A DNA stretch of 64,000 nt from Chloroflexota bacterium. GTDB taxonomy: Bacteria; Chloroflexota; UBA11872; VXOZ01. The notes under the pieces were generated by a model. That model searched no databases. It was not told where the DNA came from and saw only the letters and a list, made by a program, of their open reading frames with translations. This document shows, piece after piece, positions 8,997-18,670 of this stretch. The DNA is taken from contig JAJEAH010000045.1 in assembly GCA_022824225.1 (NCBI GenBank), forward strand, positions 13,110-77,109, read 5' to 3'. The stretch's first letter is position 1. Each line of letters starts with the position of its first letter. A program made the position numbers and the translations under genes.

Positions 8997-9863
8997 CTTG
9001 GCCCGGAATTCGGTTCCGACGGGTTCCAACGTGAGCAATTGACGCAGAATGGCGTGGGGTTCGCGCCCGTCGACGATGTGGGCGGTGGGTGTACCCTCCA
9101 ACGCGTCCAAGCAGGCGGTGACTTTCGGAATCATGCCCCCGCTGATGGTGCCGTTGCGCATGAATTGCCGCGCCTTGGCGGCAGTGAGATCGGGGAGCAC
9201 CTTCCCGTCCTTGTCCTGCACGCCGGGCACGTCGGTGAGCAGGAGGAAGTGCCGCGCGGAAAGCGCCTTGGCAATGTCGCCCGCCACGGTGTCGGCATTG
9301 ATGTTGAGGAGTTGTCCTTCCTCCGTGACGCCAAGCGGCGCGATAACCGGCACGAATCCGCCTTCGCCCAACGTCACAAACGTAGAGATATTTACCTTCT
9401 TGACTTCGCCAACGAAGCCAAGCCCGGCCGGTTTCTTGCGCGGTTTTGCCAGCAGCAATTCGCCGTCAGCCCCCGTAAGGCCGATGGCTTTGATGGTGCG
9501 GGCGTTGAGCATTGCCACGAGATCGCTGTTAATTTTGCCGGCGAGAACCATCTGCACCAGCTCGAGGGCATCGGCGTCCGTGACCCGCAAGCCCTGGACG
9601 AATGACGCTTCCCTGCCCAGTGTTTGCTCCCAGTCCGTAACGGCTTTGCCGCCGCCATGCACGATGACGGGGAGCACGCCCGCGTGAACGAGTGATTCAA
9701 TATCTTCGCAAAACGCCTCGTGATGGGGCAGCACGTTGCCCCCGATCTTGATGACAACGACCTCGCCTGCGAGCTCGTGCAGTGCATAGATACAATTGAC
9801 TACTTCCTGAAACGCTGTCACCGCGGTGTGCTCCCATGTGAGTGTGGGCTGATCATCTACCAA
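8988..9863 (-). CDS. argB: Acetylglutamate kinase
   Basis: VVVIKIGGN...VIVHGGG...GLRVTD...NINADTVAGDIA...GGMIPKV...IVDGREPHAILRQL matches ArgB. Confidence 0.8.
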   Translation of the reverse strand: MVDDQPTLTWEHTAVTAFQEVVNCIYALHELAGEVVVIKIGGNVLPHHEAFCEDIESLVHAGVLPVIVHGGGKAVTDWEQTLGREASFVQGLRVTDADALELVQMVLAGKINSDLVAMLNARTIKAIGLTGADGELLLAKPRKKPAGLGFVGEVKKVNISTFVTLGEGGFVPVIAPLGVTEEGQLLNINADTVAGDIAKALSARHFLLLTDVPGVQDKDGKVLPDLTAAKARQFMRNGTISGGMIPKVTACLDALEGTPTAHIVDGREPHAILRQLLTLEPVGTEFRAKGR

Positions 9864-10818
9864 GTACCTCTGGGTTCACGCAGAAAAGGGGCCGTTCGCC
9901 GTGCAGGACCCTGGTAATGTCGTGTGCCAGCGTCGTAGCCATCCTTGTCATCGCTTCGTCGGTATGGGCGGCCATGTGCGGGCTCACGATCACGTTTTCC
10001 AGGGCAAAGAGGGGGTGGTCGGCCGGCGGCGGCTCCTGCTCCCAGGCGTCGATGGCCGCGCCCGTAATCTGGCCCTCCAGCAGCGCCGTTGCCAGCGCGT
10101 CCTCATCCACAATGCCGCCCCGGGCGCAGTTGATGAGGATGGCCGTCGGCTTCATCAGGTTGAATTCCCGCGGGCCGATGAGGCCCCGGGTTGCCGGCGT
10201 GAGCGGGGCGTGGAGCGAGATATAGTCGGCCTCCTGCAGCAACTCTGAGAGGTCCGCCACCAATTCTACGCCCAGCAAGCGGGCTTCGTCCGCCGCCAGA
10301 AACGGATCGTAGGCGATGACGTGCATATCCAAGGCCGCTCGGCACATGCGCGCCACGCGGCCGCCGATGCGGCCCGCGCCCACCAGACCGAGGGTCTTGC
10401 CATAGAGTTCCAGGCCGATGAGGCGCGTGCGCGACTGAAAGTCGCCGTTGCGTTGAGCGCGGTCGCCCAGCAGGATCATCTTGCTCACGGCCAGCATCAT
10501 GCCCAAGGTATGCTCGGCCACGGATTCGGCGTTGGCCGCCGGAGTATAGAGCACCGGAATGCCCCGCGCCGTGGCGTACGCCACGTCCACGCTATCCACG
10601 CCCACGCCGTGCCGGGATACCACCCGCAGGGACGGCGCCGCGTCGATAACGTCTGCCGTGACTTTCGTGAGCCGCGTGACCAGGGCGTGGGCGTCGCGGA
10701 TTTGCTCCACCAGGGGCGGGCCGCCGGTTTGGTCCGCCTGGCGCACCTCTGCAATCTGTTCCAAAATCGCGATCCCGTGCTCGTGGATGGGATCGGCCAG
10801 GACAACGGTGTGGGTCAT
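9853..10818 (-). CDS. D-isomer-specific 2-hydroxyacid dehydrogenase (phosphoglycerate dehydrogenase-like)
   Basis: GLVGAGRIGGRVARM NAD-binding loop and catalytic R/E/H region (CARGGIVDEDAL...SPHMAAHT). GGAG Shine-Dalgarno 9 nt upstream. Confidence 0.8.
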   Translation of the reverse strand: MTHTVVLADPIHEHGIAILEQIAEVRQADQTGGPPLVEQIRDAHALVTRLTKVTADVIDAAPSLRVVSRHGVGVDSVDVAYATARGIPVLYTPAANAESVAEHTLGMMLAVSKMILLGDRAQRNGDFQSRTRLIGLELYGKTLGLVGAGRIGGRVARMCRAALDMHVIAYDPFLAADEARLLGVELVADLSELLQEADYISLHAPLTPATRGLIGPREFNLMKPTAILINCARGGIVDEDALATALLEGQITGAAIDAWEQEPPPADHPLFALENVIVSPHMAAHTDEAMTRMATTLAHDITRVLHGERPLFCVNPEVLGR

Positions 10819-11086
10819 GCGTTCGCGCTCCATGGGGCCGCCGGCCGCCGGATTGCGGGGACGTGGCGGCGCAAAATGCATGCTATAATGTAGCAGAAGT
10901 TTCAACTCTCTGCCAGGCATCGCGCCGATGCGAAACGTGGGCGCGCCAGCCTGGCGGTTGTGTGCCAGGCATTCATACCTGTGAGTGCCGTGCGGTGGCG
11001 GCGTGAGTTGGACGCCACAGAGAACACAAGCGATGCCGGGCCGGCGCGGGCACGCGGGCCGGTGGGATAGAGGCGAGAGCGGCTAC

Positions 11087-12313
11087 ATGGCGCGAGTGGT
11101 GCAAAAGTACGGCGGCAGTTCGGTAGCCACGGCGGAGCGCATCAAGGCCGTGGCGGCGCGCTTGGCCGCCGCGCGGGACGCCGGGGACGACGTCATCGTC
11201 GTGGTGTCGGCCATGGGCGATACTACGGACGACCTTATCGACTTGGCGGGCCAGGTATCCCGCGCGCCGGGCGGACGAGACCTGGACCTGCTTCTGTCAA
11301 CCGGCGAAATCGTATCATCCACGCTGCTTTCCATGTGCCTGCGGGACATGGGCTACGACGCCGTGGCGCTCACGGGCCAACAAGCGGGCATTCGTACGGA
11401 TTCGTTCTACTCCCGGGCGCGCATTGTGGACATCGATTCTGGGCGGATCGAGCAGGAACTGCGCAGCGGACGCATTGCCATCGTCGCCGGTTTCCAGGGG
11501 GTAACCCACGATCTGGACGTAACTACTCTCGGCCGGGGCGGGTCGGACACCACAGCGGTCGCCATTGCCATCGCGGTTAAGGCAGCGGCTTGCGAGATCT
11601 TCACGGACGTAGACGGCATCTATACCGCCGACCCGCGCGTCATACCCACCGCGCGCAAGCTGGACCGCATCGCCCACGAGGAAATGCTGGAGTTGGCAAA
11701 GCTGGGCGCGCGCGTGATGCATGGCAGAGCCGTGGAGTTGGCGGAACTCTTCGACATGGATATCGTCGTGCGGTCTTCGTTCAATGACGAATCAGGCACC
11801 GTGATCACCCGAGGTGAGGATATGGAGAAAGACGCCCAACGCATTCGCGGCATTGCAGTGGACACCGACGTGGCTAAGGTCTCCGTGCTCGGCATCCCGG
11901 ACCGGCCCGGCATCGCCCATGGGCTCTTCCAGCCCCTGGCCGACGATAATATCAATATCGACGTGATCGTCCAGAACATCAGCCACGATGGCATCACGGA
12001 CATTTCCTTCACCGTATCCCGCGACGATCTGGCCAAGACGTTAGAATTGGTGGAAGGCGCGTGCCAGGCCCTGGGCGCGGCGGACGTGTTGCACTTTGCC
12101 AATCTGGCCAAGGTCTCCATCGTCGGCACCGGCATCCAGAGTACGCCCGGCGTGGCGGCGCGGATGTTCGGCGCCCTGGCAGAGCCGGCGATCAATATCG
12201 AGAGCATTACCACCAGCGAAATCAGGATTACGTGCCTGGTGCATGAAGACGACGCGAACCGAGCGGCACAGGTCTTGCACCAAGCATTTGAGCTAGACCA
12301 ACCGGAAGAGTAA
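11087..12313 (+). CDS. lysC: Aspartate kinase
   Basis: VVQKYGGSSVA...VVVSAMGDTTDDL N-terminus and two C-terminal ACT domains. Confidence 0.85.
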   Translation: MARVVQKYGGSSVATAERIKAVAARLAAARDAGDDVIVVVSAMGDTTDDLIDLAGQVSRAPGGRDLDLLLSTGEIVSSTLLSMCLRDMGYDAVALTGQQAGIRTDSFYSRARIVDIDSGRIEQELRSGRIAIVAGFQGVTHDLDVTTLGRGGSDTTAVAIAIAVKAAACEIFTDVDGIYTADPRVIPTARKLDRIAHEEMLELAKLGARVMHGRAVELAELFDMDIVVRSSFNDESGTVITRGEDMEKDAQRIRGIAVDTDVAKVSVLGIPDRPGIAHGLFQPLADDNINIDVIVQNISHDGITDISFTVSRDDLAKTLELVEGACQALGAADVLHFANLAKVSIVGTGIQSTPGVAARMFGALAEPAINIESITTSEIRITCLVHEDDANRAAQVLHQAFELDQPEE

Positions 12314-12419
12314 ACTTAAGAGAGCAAAGTGTGCGCGGCGCCGGGCTTGGGATCGCAGGCGATGCGGGGCCCATGGGGTGTCCGGCGCGCGAGATGGGTG
12401 CGCAACAGGCGGCAATGCC

Positions 12420-12947
12420 ATGGTCGAAATGGTCATCGAAAAGGTGGGCAGGAATCCGGCAAATCCAACCCGGATCGTTGTCCTGCGTGAAAAAGACCAG
12501 GAACGCTACCTTGCCATCGTGATCGGTATCGCCGAGGCGGACTCCATCGCGATCAAGCTCCACAAGCACACGTTCTCACGTCCCTTGACCCACGACCTCT
12601 TGAGCAACGTCATCGAGTCTCTGGGCGCGCGGGTGGTGAGCATTCTCATCAACGATCTCTCCGACCGCACGTACTACGCGCGCATCGTCTTGGACCACGA
12701 CGGGAGGCACGTGGAAATGGACGCGCGGCCCAGCGACGCCATCGCCCTGGCCGTGCGGGTGGATGCGCCCATTCTCGTGGCAGAGAGTGTGCTGGACGCC
12801 GCCAGCTTTACGCCGGTCAAGCAGGATGAGAGTGATGGCGAGGAGAAGAGCGAACCGGACCCCGAGCTGGAGGAGAAACTCGGTGTCTTCCGGGAGTTCA
12901 TAAACTCGCTCGACGTGGACGACTTGGACAAGCCAAGCAAGGATTGA
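12420..12947 (+). CDS. Bifunctional nuclease (BFN/DUF151 domain) protein with an acidic C-terminal tail
   Basis: LAIVIGIAEADSIAIKL...RPLTHDLL...DARPSDAIALAVR is the characteristic DUF151 pattern. Confidence 0.65.
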   Translation: MVEMVIEKVGRNPANPTRIVVLREKDQERYLAIVIGIAEADSIAIKLHKHTFSRPLTHDLLSNVIESLGARVVSILINDLSDRTYYARIVLDHDGRHVEMDARPSDAIALAVRVDAPILVAESVLDAASFTPVKQDESDGEEKSEPDPELEEKLGVFREFINSLDVDDLDKPSKD

Positions 12948-13336
12948 GCGCTTCACAACAACTACGCTGAAGTAAAGAAGACGTGCCCGCGGCGAACTGC
13001 TTCGAGGCGCGTTTTCTTGATTCTGTGGGACGCGGCGCCGGTCCTGCGGGCCGGGCCAGGCGCGGGCGGGAAGCGGCTACTTCCGCAAGCCGCAAAGGCA
13101 CGGATAGGCCGCCGCGACTCGTGCTGTCGGCCCTTCTTTCTCGCTGCCGCTGTGCTCGTCCTGCCGCGAGCGGCACAAGTCGGTTTGGACTCATCGACCA
13201 TCGCGGGGAATTCGCGCGAACAGAGGATCACTATACGTATCTCGCGGGCAGATGCTCGCGCAGGCGTGGCAATGCTCATTCTTTGCGGTGGGCCAGGACG
13301 CGGCCGGTGGGAGTGCTCGCTCTATGGGCAGACACG

Positions 13337-14047
13337 CTAGCCATGCCCGGCAAGCGGCGGTGTTCCTGGATTTGTTTGCCGAAACCTCTGGTAGAGTAGT
13401 GGGTCAAAGGGCTTGACGGTGACAATCTCGGATGAAGATACAATGACGCGAGTGTCAATTGCATCGTCCTCTTGGAGTTGCTGAATCGCCACAGTATAGT
13501 CGGTATCCATAACCAGCTTCTGTGTATCCACGTCACGGTGGCCGCTCTGGAGCGGCAATTGCTCTATGTCAGCGTCTTGCCCGTTCTTCATGCTTAGCGG
13601 AATTCCGATGTACGCTTTTCTAGTTCTCAACGTTACTTCGATGAACAATTCGGACCCAAGCGCTTCGGCGATAAAGGCCCCTACTTGATCCCCTCTCTCC
13701 CTTGCGGACCTGATGAAGCCCGCGCTCTCGTCGTACAAGAAACGCTCAAGCAATAGCCAAGTCCCGCCCAGGACAATGCCCGCGAGGTATGCGCCAGCAT
13801 AGGTATCGAACGGCGCGAGAGTCTGCCACGTTTCGGTGACAGTCTCCACCCAATGAATAGCGCTTGAATGGTGACCCAATACAGCGCCAACGAGAAATGG
13901 GACGCCTACCAGCAGATAGCCGACGAGAGCGGACTTGAAGAAGAGATGATAGCCGCTTTCGTGGGGAATCGTAAGACGAGTGATCCTGGAGCTCTTGAGG
14001 AAGTAGTACCCAATCAGGGCCGGGAAGAGCGTTGTGAAGAGGTCCAT
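13337..14047 (-). CDS. Hypothetical membrane protein (3-4 N-terminal TM helices plus ~130-aa soluble C-terminal domain)
   Basis: ORF with hydrophobic segments FTTLFPALIGYYFL, LVGYLLVGVPFLVGAVLG and YLAGIVLGGTWLLL. Lower GC (~50%) than background. Start 7 nt after the upstream small-gene stop. Confidence 0.5.
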   Translation of the reverse strand: MDLFTTLFPALIGYYFLKSSRITRLTIPHESGYHLFFKSALVGYLLVGVPFLVGAVLGHHSSAIHWVETVTETWQTLAPFDTYAGAYLAGIVLGGTWLLLERFLYDESAGFIRSARERGDQVGAFIAEALGSELFIEVTLRTRKAYIGIPLSMKNGQDADIEQLPLQSGHRDVDTQKLVMDTDYTVAIQQLQEDDAIDTRVIVSSSEIVTVKPFDPLLYQRFRQTNPGTPPLAGHG

Positions 14048-14054
14048 GCAGGTG

Positions 14055-14240
14055 TCAGCGAGTCCCGGTTCGCTCCTTGGGGAGGGTCTTGGCCATTGGG
14101 CCCATCTCATTGAGGTTCTTTATCTTCTTGCGAATAGCCGGGTCTGCCAGTACGTCCTCCGGTTTAACGTAGAGGCCGCCGTTTCCGTCCGTATGCACCT
14201 TTACTTTCGCTCTTTCCTTCTGTCGAGTTGCAGCCATCAT
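14055..14240 (-). CDS. Hypothetical small basic protein (61 aa)
   Basis: Strong Shine-Dalgarno (AGGAG 5 nt upstream of ATG); translationally coupled to the downstream membrane protein. Confidence 0.4.
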   Translation of the reverse strand: MMAATRQKERAKVKVHTDGNGGLYVKPEDVLADPAIRKKIKNLNEMGPMAKTLPKERTGTR

Positions 14241-14467
14241 TCACACTCCTGTCTCCCGCATCTGCGAAACACTGGCCGCCAGCCTCATTGTGACTCTGTT
14301 TTCCACGGTACGTCAATGGCGACTCGCGGGCAAGGTCGCCCAGAGGCAGTTGCGGCACTCCCGGGCCCAACTCCGGCGCACAATTGGGCCAGAAAACCGC
14401 CCCAGGCTGTGTGTATATGTCGCTCCGCCAGTGTTCACAAGGTCACAAGCAAGTATTGTGGCACAAT

Positions 14468-15469
14468 CTACCGCTCGCCTGTGGAGACGCTATTGCACCC
14501 TAAGCAGGCGCGAACAGAGGGGATCGTCACAATGTCCTGTGCGAGCGCACGACGCAAACTGCGGCCGGACTCTGAATTCGAAAGCGCCACTGCGACCGCC
14601 GCTATGAAATCGTCTGCCGTAAATGCGGCAGTCGGATCGGCAAAGAGGGCGGCCAGCAGCCGCAAACGCAGGGCGTAGCGGTTCACGGTCTCGCCGCCGG
14701 GGAGCATGTGCGGCGGCGCGTAGGCGCCGGTTGCCGCGATGAAGTCTGCCACGGGCGGCGGCACGCCAACGTCCGCCGGTGCAGCCGGATTCGTATCCGC
14801 GTAGGCTGTGCGCACGCCGGTCGCGGAGAGTTCTGGATCGTGGTACGCGGGGAGTGTGTCCAGGGCGGCAATATGCCGCCGGTAGGCGCGATTGGCCGGC
14901 GCGGCGAGCAGGTCGGCCAGCGCCGCCGCGCCGTGGGCGTCTCGCTTAGCCACCAGAAAGCGGCTGAGCGCAAAGAGCCGGGCGAGGCTGGCCTCACGGT
15001 CGTCATAGTAGCGGGGATCGAGTATCTGCGTGATCTTGTCGAAACCTACCGCGAATACCAGGCTGCGGTCCGGCGGCGCCAGCGTGCGGCGCAGGGCTTC
15101 GGCCTGTTCTACGAAGAGGCCGCGATTGGTGAGCACCACGCCTACGTTGGGCCGCGTCCGGGCGAGGGCTGCCAGCATGCAGAGCCGGTCTTCCAGGCAC
15201 GCGCCGGTAACCTGCTCCTTGTCCACGGTGCGCACCGCCAGCAAGAACCATACAACGTCAATGCCCGGTTGCCGCAGGGCGCCGTCACAGAGGCTGAGAT
15301 GCGCGGTGGTGACGGGGTTGAACGAACCGGCGACAACTGCCGCGCCGCCGCCGGAGCCTGCCCGCGGCGACACGATGACGCGCGCCGTGGGCGGGCCGTC
15401 GTCGGCCAGAGCAGCCACGTGGGCGTGCCAGCCGCGCAGACGCTCTACGTCATAGCAGTTCTCGGTCAC
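14468..15469 (-). CDS. Cytidylyltransferase-fold nucleotidyltransferase (NadD/NMNAT-like) with a ~130-aa C-terminal extension
   Basis: AGSFNPVTTAHLSL resembles the GxFxPxHxxH motif of NMN/NaMN adenylyltransferases. Confidence 0.5.
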   Translation of the reverse strand: MTENCYDVERLRGWHAHVAALADDGPPTARVIVSPRAGSGGGAAVVAGSFNPVTTAHLSLCDGALRQPGIDVVWFLLAVRTVDKEQVTGACLEDRLCMLAALARTRPNVGVVLTNRGLFVEQAEALRRTLAPPDRSLVFAVGFDKITQILDPRYYDDREASLARLFALSRFLVAKRDAHGAAALADLLAAPANRAYRRHIAALDTLPAYHDPELSATGVRTAYADTNPAAPADVGVPPPVADFIAATGAYAPPHMLPGGETVNRYALRLRLLAALFADPTAAFTADDFIAAVAVALSNSESGRSLRRALAQDIVTIPSVRACLGCNSVSTGER

Positions 15470-16032
15470 CGATGTGCTCTTTCTTGGCGCGGTGGGATCG
15501 GGAAGTTAGCGTGGTGACGGCATCCTGCACACGTGGGCATGGCAGCGGCAAACAACGACCTATCCACGGCGACATGGGGACGCGCCCCCGCATAGCCTTG
15601 GGTTTCGTGCAGGCGTCCTGCGCAGATACGGCCTGTCCCGGACCCACCATGCGGCTGCCGCAGTCTCACTTCGCCTCGCTTCGTTTCCAAATCACGTGCG
15701 CCATCCCGTTGTATCGTGCACCGTGTCCGGTAGCGCCGGGGCGCCCGCAGTTGTTGGCAGCATAGCGAGCCGCGGGCGCGGCGGCAAGCGGCTCTCCCGA
15801 AGTGCTGGCCCGTAAGTCTGTCTGACCTTGGGCGCACGTGTCGCCATTGCCGGGAACGTAGCCGGGCGGTGCGCCCATGGCTATAATGAAGCCAGAGACC
15901 ACGAAAAAGATGCGCCGTGCGCGGGCCGGCGGCTTCACAGTTGTTTCGGGAGCATTGCGGCAGTAGCGCTGCCCGGCGGCCCCGATGGCGCCCTAGCCGC
16001 CATAGTCCCTCCCCCACACAAGGCGATCACCC

Positions 16033-16884
16033 ATGGCAGACACACGCGATACCACCGGCCAAGCGCCCCTCGTCACGCTCTCGACTGGATCGCTTTACAC
16101 CTACGGCCTGGCGCGCACGTTCGAATTGATGCAGGGCTCCGACTTCGATGGCGTGGAGATCATCATTGACAACCGCTGGGACACCCGCCAAGCGACGTAC
16201 ATCAACGGCCTTACCGCGCAGTGGGGTATTCCGGTCTGCAGCATACACGCGCCTTTTCAGACTATATCCGAGATGGGGGCCGACTACCCCGGCACCCTCA
16301 AGGCGACGATTGCCCTGGCGGAAGCCGTAGGCGCGCGCACGGTAGTGATCCACCCCATTTCACGCGGCAGCCCCGACTTGCCGGCATGGCTGGGGCAGAA
16401 CCTGGCCGACTTGCAGGCGCAAACCCCGGTGCTGCTCACCGTAGAGAATCTGCCGCGCAAGGTGGGGAAACGCCTGGGCATCCTGCAAAAGGACGAGCAC
16501 ACGTACTGGCATCCTGACGCCATGCGTCCTTTTGCCGCCTTGACCATGGACACCACCCATTTTGGCGTTTCGCAGGTGGACATCCTGGCGGCGTGGCGGC
16601 AATTGCGGAGCACGGTGCGGCACGTCCACCTGTCAGACGAATACAGCGGCCGGGAGCATCTCTTTCCCGGTGAGGGCACGCTGCCGCTGGCCGACTTCCT
16701 GGGCGAAGTGGGCCGGAGCGACTTTAGCGGCATCATCGTGGCGGAACTGCACCCGTTCGCGCTTCACGCCGGGCGTTCCGATGAAAAGGTGCGCGACCGC
16801 ATCCACCAGGCGGCGGCCTTTTGCCGCCGGAATCTGGCCGTGGAGTCCGCAACCGGGCAAACCACAGCCCGCGTAGGCGGATAG
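16033..16884 (+). CDS. Sugar phosphate isomerase/epimerase (xylose isomerase-like TIM barrel)
   Basis: FDGVEII...ARTVVIHP...LTVENLP...HVHLSDE pattern of AP-endonuclease-2 / xylose-isomerase-like barrels. Confidence 0.7.
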   Translation: MADTRDTTGQAPLVTLSTGSLYTYGLARTFELMQGSDFDGVEIIIDNRWDTRQATYINGLTAQWGIPVCSIHAPFQTISEMGADYPGTLKATIALAEAVGARTVVIHPISRGSPDLPAWLGQNLADLQAQTPVLLTVENLPRKVGKRLGILQKDEHTYWHPDAMRPFAALTMDTTHFGVSQVDILAAWRQLRSTVRHVHLSDEYSGREHLFPGEGTLPLADFLGEVGRSDFSGIIVAELHPFALHAGRSDEKVRDRIHQAAAFCRRNLAVESATGQTTARVGG

Positions 16885-17061
16885 TCCCTGGCGGAAACGG
16901 CGCTTCACGGCACGCGCCATAGTCCCGCCCGCGCAGGTGGATAATTCCCGCCGCCTCTTCCGCAGCCGCTTGCGTGCTAGCGGTCCCCCCGCGCAGGGGA
17001 AAATTCCCCAGTGCCGGCAAGAGCCCCGCTGCCGCAAACAGACGCCAAGCGGATGGAAGAA

Positions 17062-18297
17062 CTACACGGCCACCTGCCGCAGTTGCGCCACGTTGCGGCG
17101 GACCTTGGCAATGCCCTCGGCAATGTCGTCCATATCGGACTCTTCCGCCAACAAGGTTACGTGGCCCATGGCAATGCCTTCTTCGCGGGTCAGGAGTTCG
17201 GATTCCGGACAGTCCAAAGCGCGGAATTTCCCCGCGCCGCCCGCAACGTCGCCCGTTTCCAGGTCGAGCATGGGGTTGTCGTAAATCGGGCGCGGATGGC
17301 CGCCGGAGACCGGCACGCCCTCGGCGTGCGCGGCATCGAGGAAAGTCCGCTTGTCGGTGCCGAATTCCTCCGGCTTGATGCGAAACGTATAGATGTGCAG
17401 CCCGTGCTGGGTAACTTCCGGCGGTATTGGCGGCGGCTCGATGCCGTCAATTTGCGCCAGCAAGCTGTTTAGGTATTGCGCGTTGCGGTTGCGCTTCTTC
17501 GTTTGCTCGTCGAAGCGTTCCAACTGGCCCAGCAGGATCGCCGCCTGGAATTCGTTCATGGGGTAGTGGCCGCCCAATTCGTAGTGCACGTAACCCGGCT
17601 CGTCCTTGGCGCGGCCAAAGCTAGAGAGGGTGTAGAGCCAACGCTCGGCGAGTTCCGCGTTGTCGGTGGTGAGCATGCCGCCCTCGCCGGTGCTCATGTT
17701 CTTGCCGCCGCCCAGGCTGTAGGAACTGGCGTCGCCCATGCCGCCGAGCTTTGTGCCCTTCCATTCCGCGCCGTGGGCGTGGGCCGCGTCCACGATGATG
17801 GCCAGGTCGTGCTTGCGGGCGATCTCCTCAAACCGCTCCATGTCCGCCGGATAGCCGCCGTAGTGCACGGGGCTGATGGCGCGGGTGCGCGGCGTGATGG
17901 CCTCTTCCGTCCGGTTGGGGTCGAGACACAGCGAATCCGGGTGAATGTCCGCCATCACCGGGGTGGCGCCCAGGTACATGGGCGCAAACGCTGTGGCGAT
18001 GAAGGTGAAGGCCGGTACAATGACTTCATCGCCCGCGCCGACGCCGAACGCCTTGAGGCCGATCTCCAGACCGGCGGTGCAACTGGTAAGGCCAATGCCG
18101 AACTTGGCATCGTGATAGGCGGCGAATTTGGCCTGCGCCGCCGTCTTCATGGGACCGTGGGCCGTGCCGCCCCACACCCGGCTCTCGAACACCTCACGCA
18201 CGTTGTTTAACTCGGTCTCATCGTATTGCGGCCACTTGGGCCAACTCTTGCTGCCGTCCCGTACCGGGGTCCCGCCGTGCAGAGCAAGTCGCTCCAT
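17062..18297 (-). CDS. DegT/DnrJ/EryC1/StrS-family PLP-dependent aminotransferase
   Basis: Fold-type I sugar aminotransferase pattern (GDEVIVPAFTFIATA...DAAHAHGAEWKG). AGGAG Shine-Dalgarno 8 nt before the ATG. Confidence 0.8.
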   Translation of the reverse strand: MERLALHGGTPVRDGSKSWPKWPQYDETELNNVREVFESRVWGGTAHGPMKTAAQAKFAAYHDAKFGIGLTSCTAGLEIGLKAFGVGAGDEVIVPAFTFIATAFAPMYLGATPVMADIHPDSLCLDPNRTEEAITPRTRAISPVHYGGYPADMERFEEIARKHDLAIIVDAAHAHGAEWKGTKLGGMGDASSYSLGGGKNMSTGEGGMLTTDNAELAERWLYTLSSFGRAKDEPGYVHYELGGHYPMNEFQAAILLGQLERFDEQTKKRNRNAQYLNSLLAQIDGIEPPPIPPEVTQHGLHIYTFRIKPEEFGTDKRTFLDAAHAEGVPVSGGHPRPIYDNPMLDLETGDVAGGAGKFRALDCPESELLTREEGIAMGHVTLLAEESDMDDIAEGIAKVRRNVAQLRQVAV

Positions 18298-18513
18298 AGT
18301 CACCCACTCCTATTCACTAAATGTGCTGGAGAGTCTTTGAAAAGTCGCAAGAGAGATTGCCACCGTTGCCTCATGCAATTGTATACCGGCTTGCTTACCT
18401 CGTGCCTTTGCGCAGCGAACACAGGGGGCTGATTGGTGAATGGCACTCTTGTTTGGCCCGAACTGAAAGATTGGCAGCCCTGTCGTATTCTTGCCTCGAT
18501 GAGGAGCAAAGGA

Positions 18514-18569
18514 CAAGAATAGAGTATCCGTTCGTCCAGAGCTTGTCGAAGGATGAACGGATACTCTTG
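18514..18569 (+). other. Second copy of the long hairpin element (17-22 bp stem with one G-U pair, loop agagcttgtcgaa)
   Basis: caagaatagagtatccgttcgtcc / agagcttgtcgaa / ggatgaacggatactcttg. The inner stem and loop match 8774-8830; the outer stem differs but stays complementary. Confidence 0.5.
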
Positions 18570-18670
18570 CCGGGCACAGTCTACCACTCGCCCATTCTCA
18601 GAATGGGCGTCTGCGGTTGAGCGAGATTGCGCCGTGCGCTAGAACGATCTAGCGATCTCGCAACATGTGC

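Noticed and set aside
8660-9034. ORFs 8660..9034 (+) and 8782..8991 (-) encoding repetitive GIDxRDVP / MPGTSR peptides
   Set aside because: They are produced by the 24-bp minisatellite and the REP and hairpin elements. No start context; both strands are equally open.
10921-11086. Lysine riboswitch (L-box) in the lysC leader
   Set aside because: The 166-nt leader lacks the conserved L-box blocks. The only resemblance (gatagaggcgagag) is the Shine-Dalgarno region.
15666-15938. 90-aa ORF (GTG start) with a signal-peptide-like N-terminus in the 560-bp gap between the NMNAT-like gene and the sugar-phosphate isomerase
   Set aside because: No ribosome-binding site, and the composition is compatible with random high-GC ORFs. 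Kept out of the feature list, though a real small secreted protein cannot be excluded.
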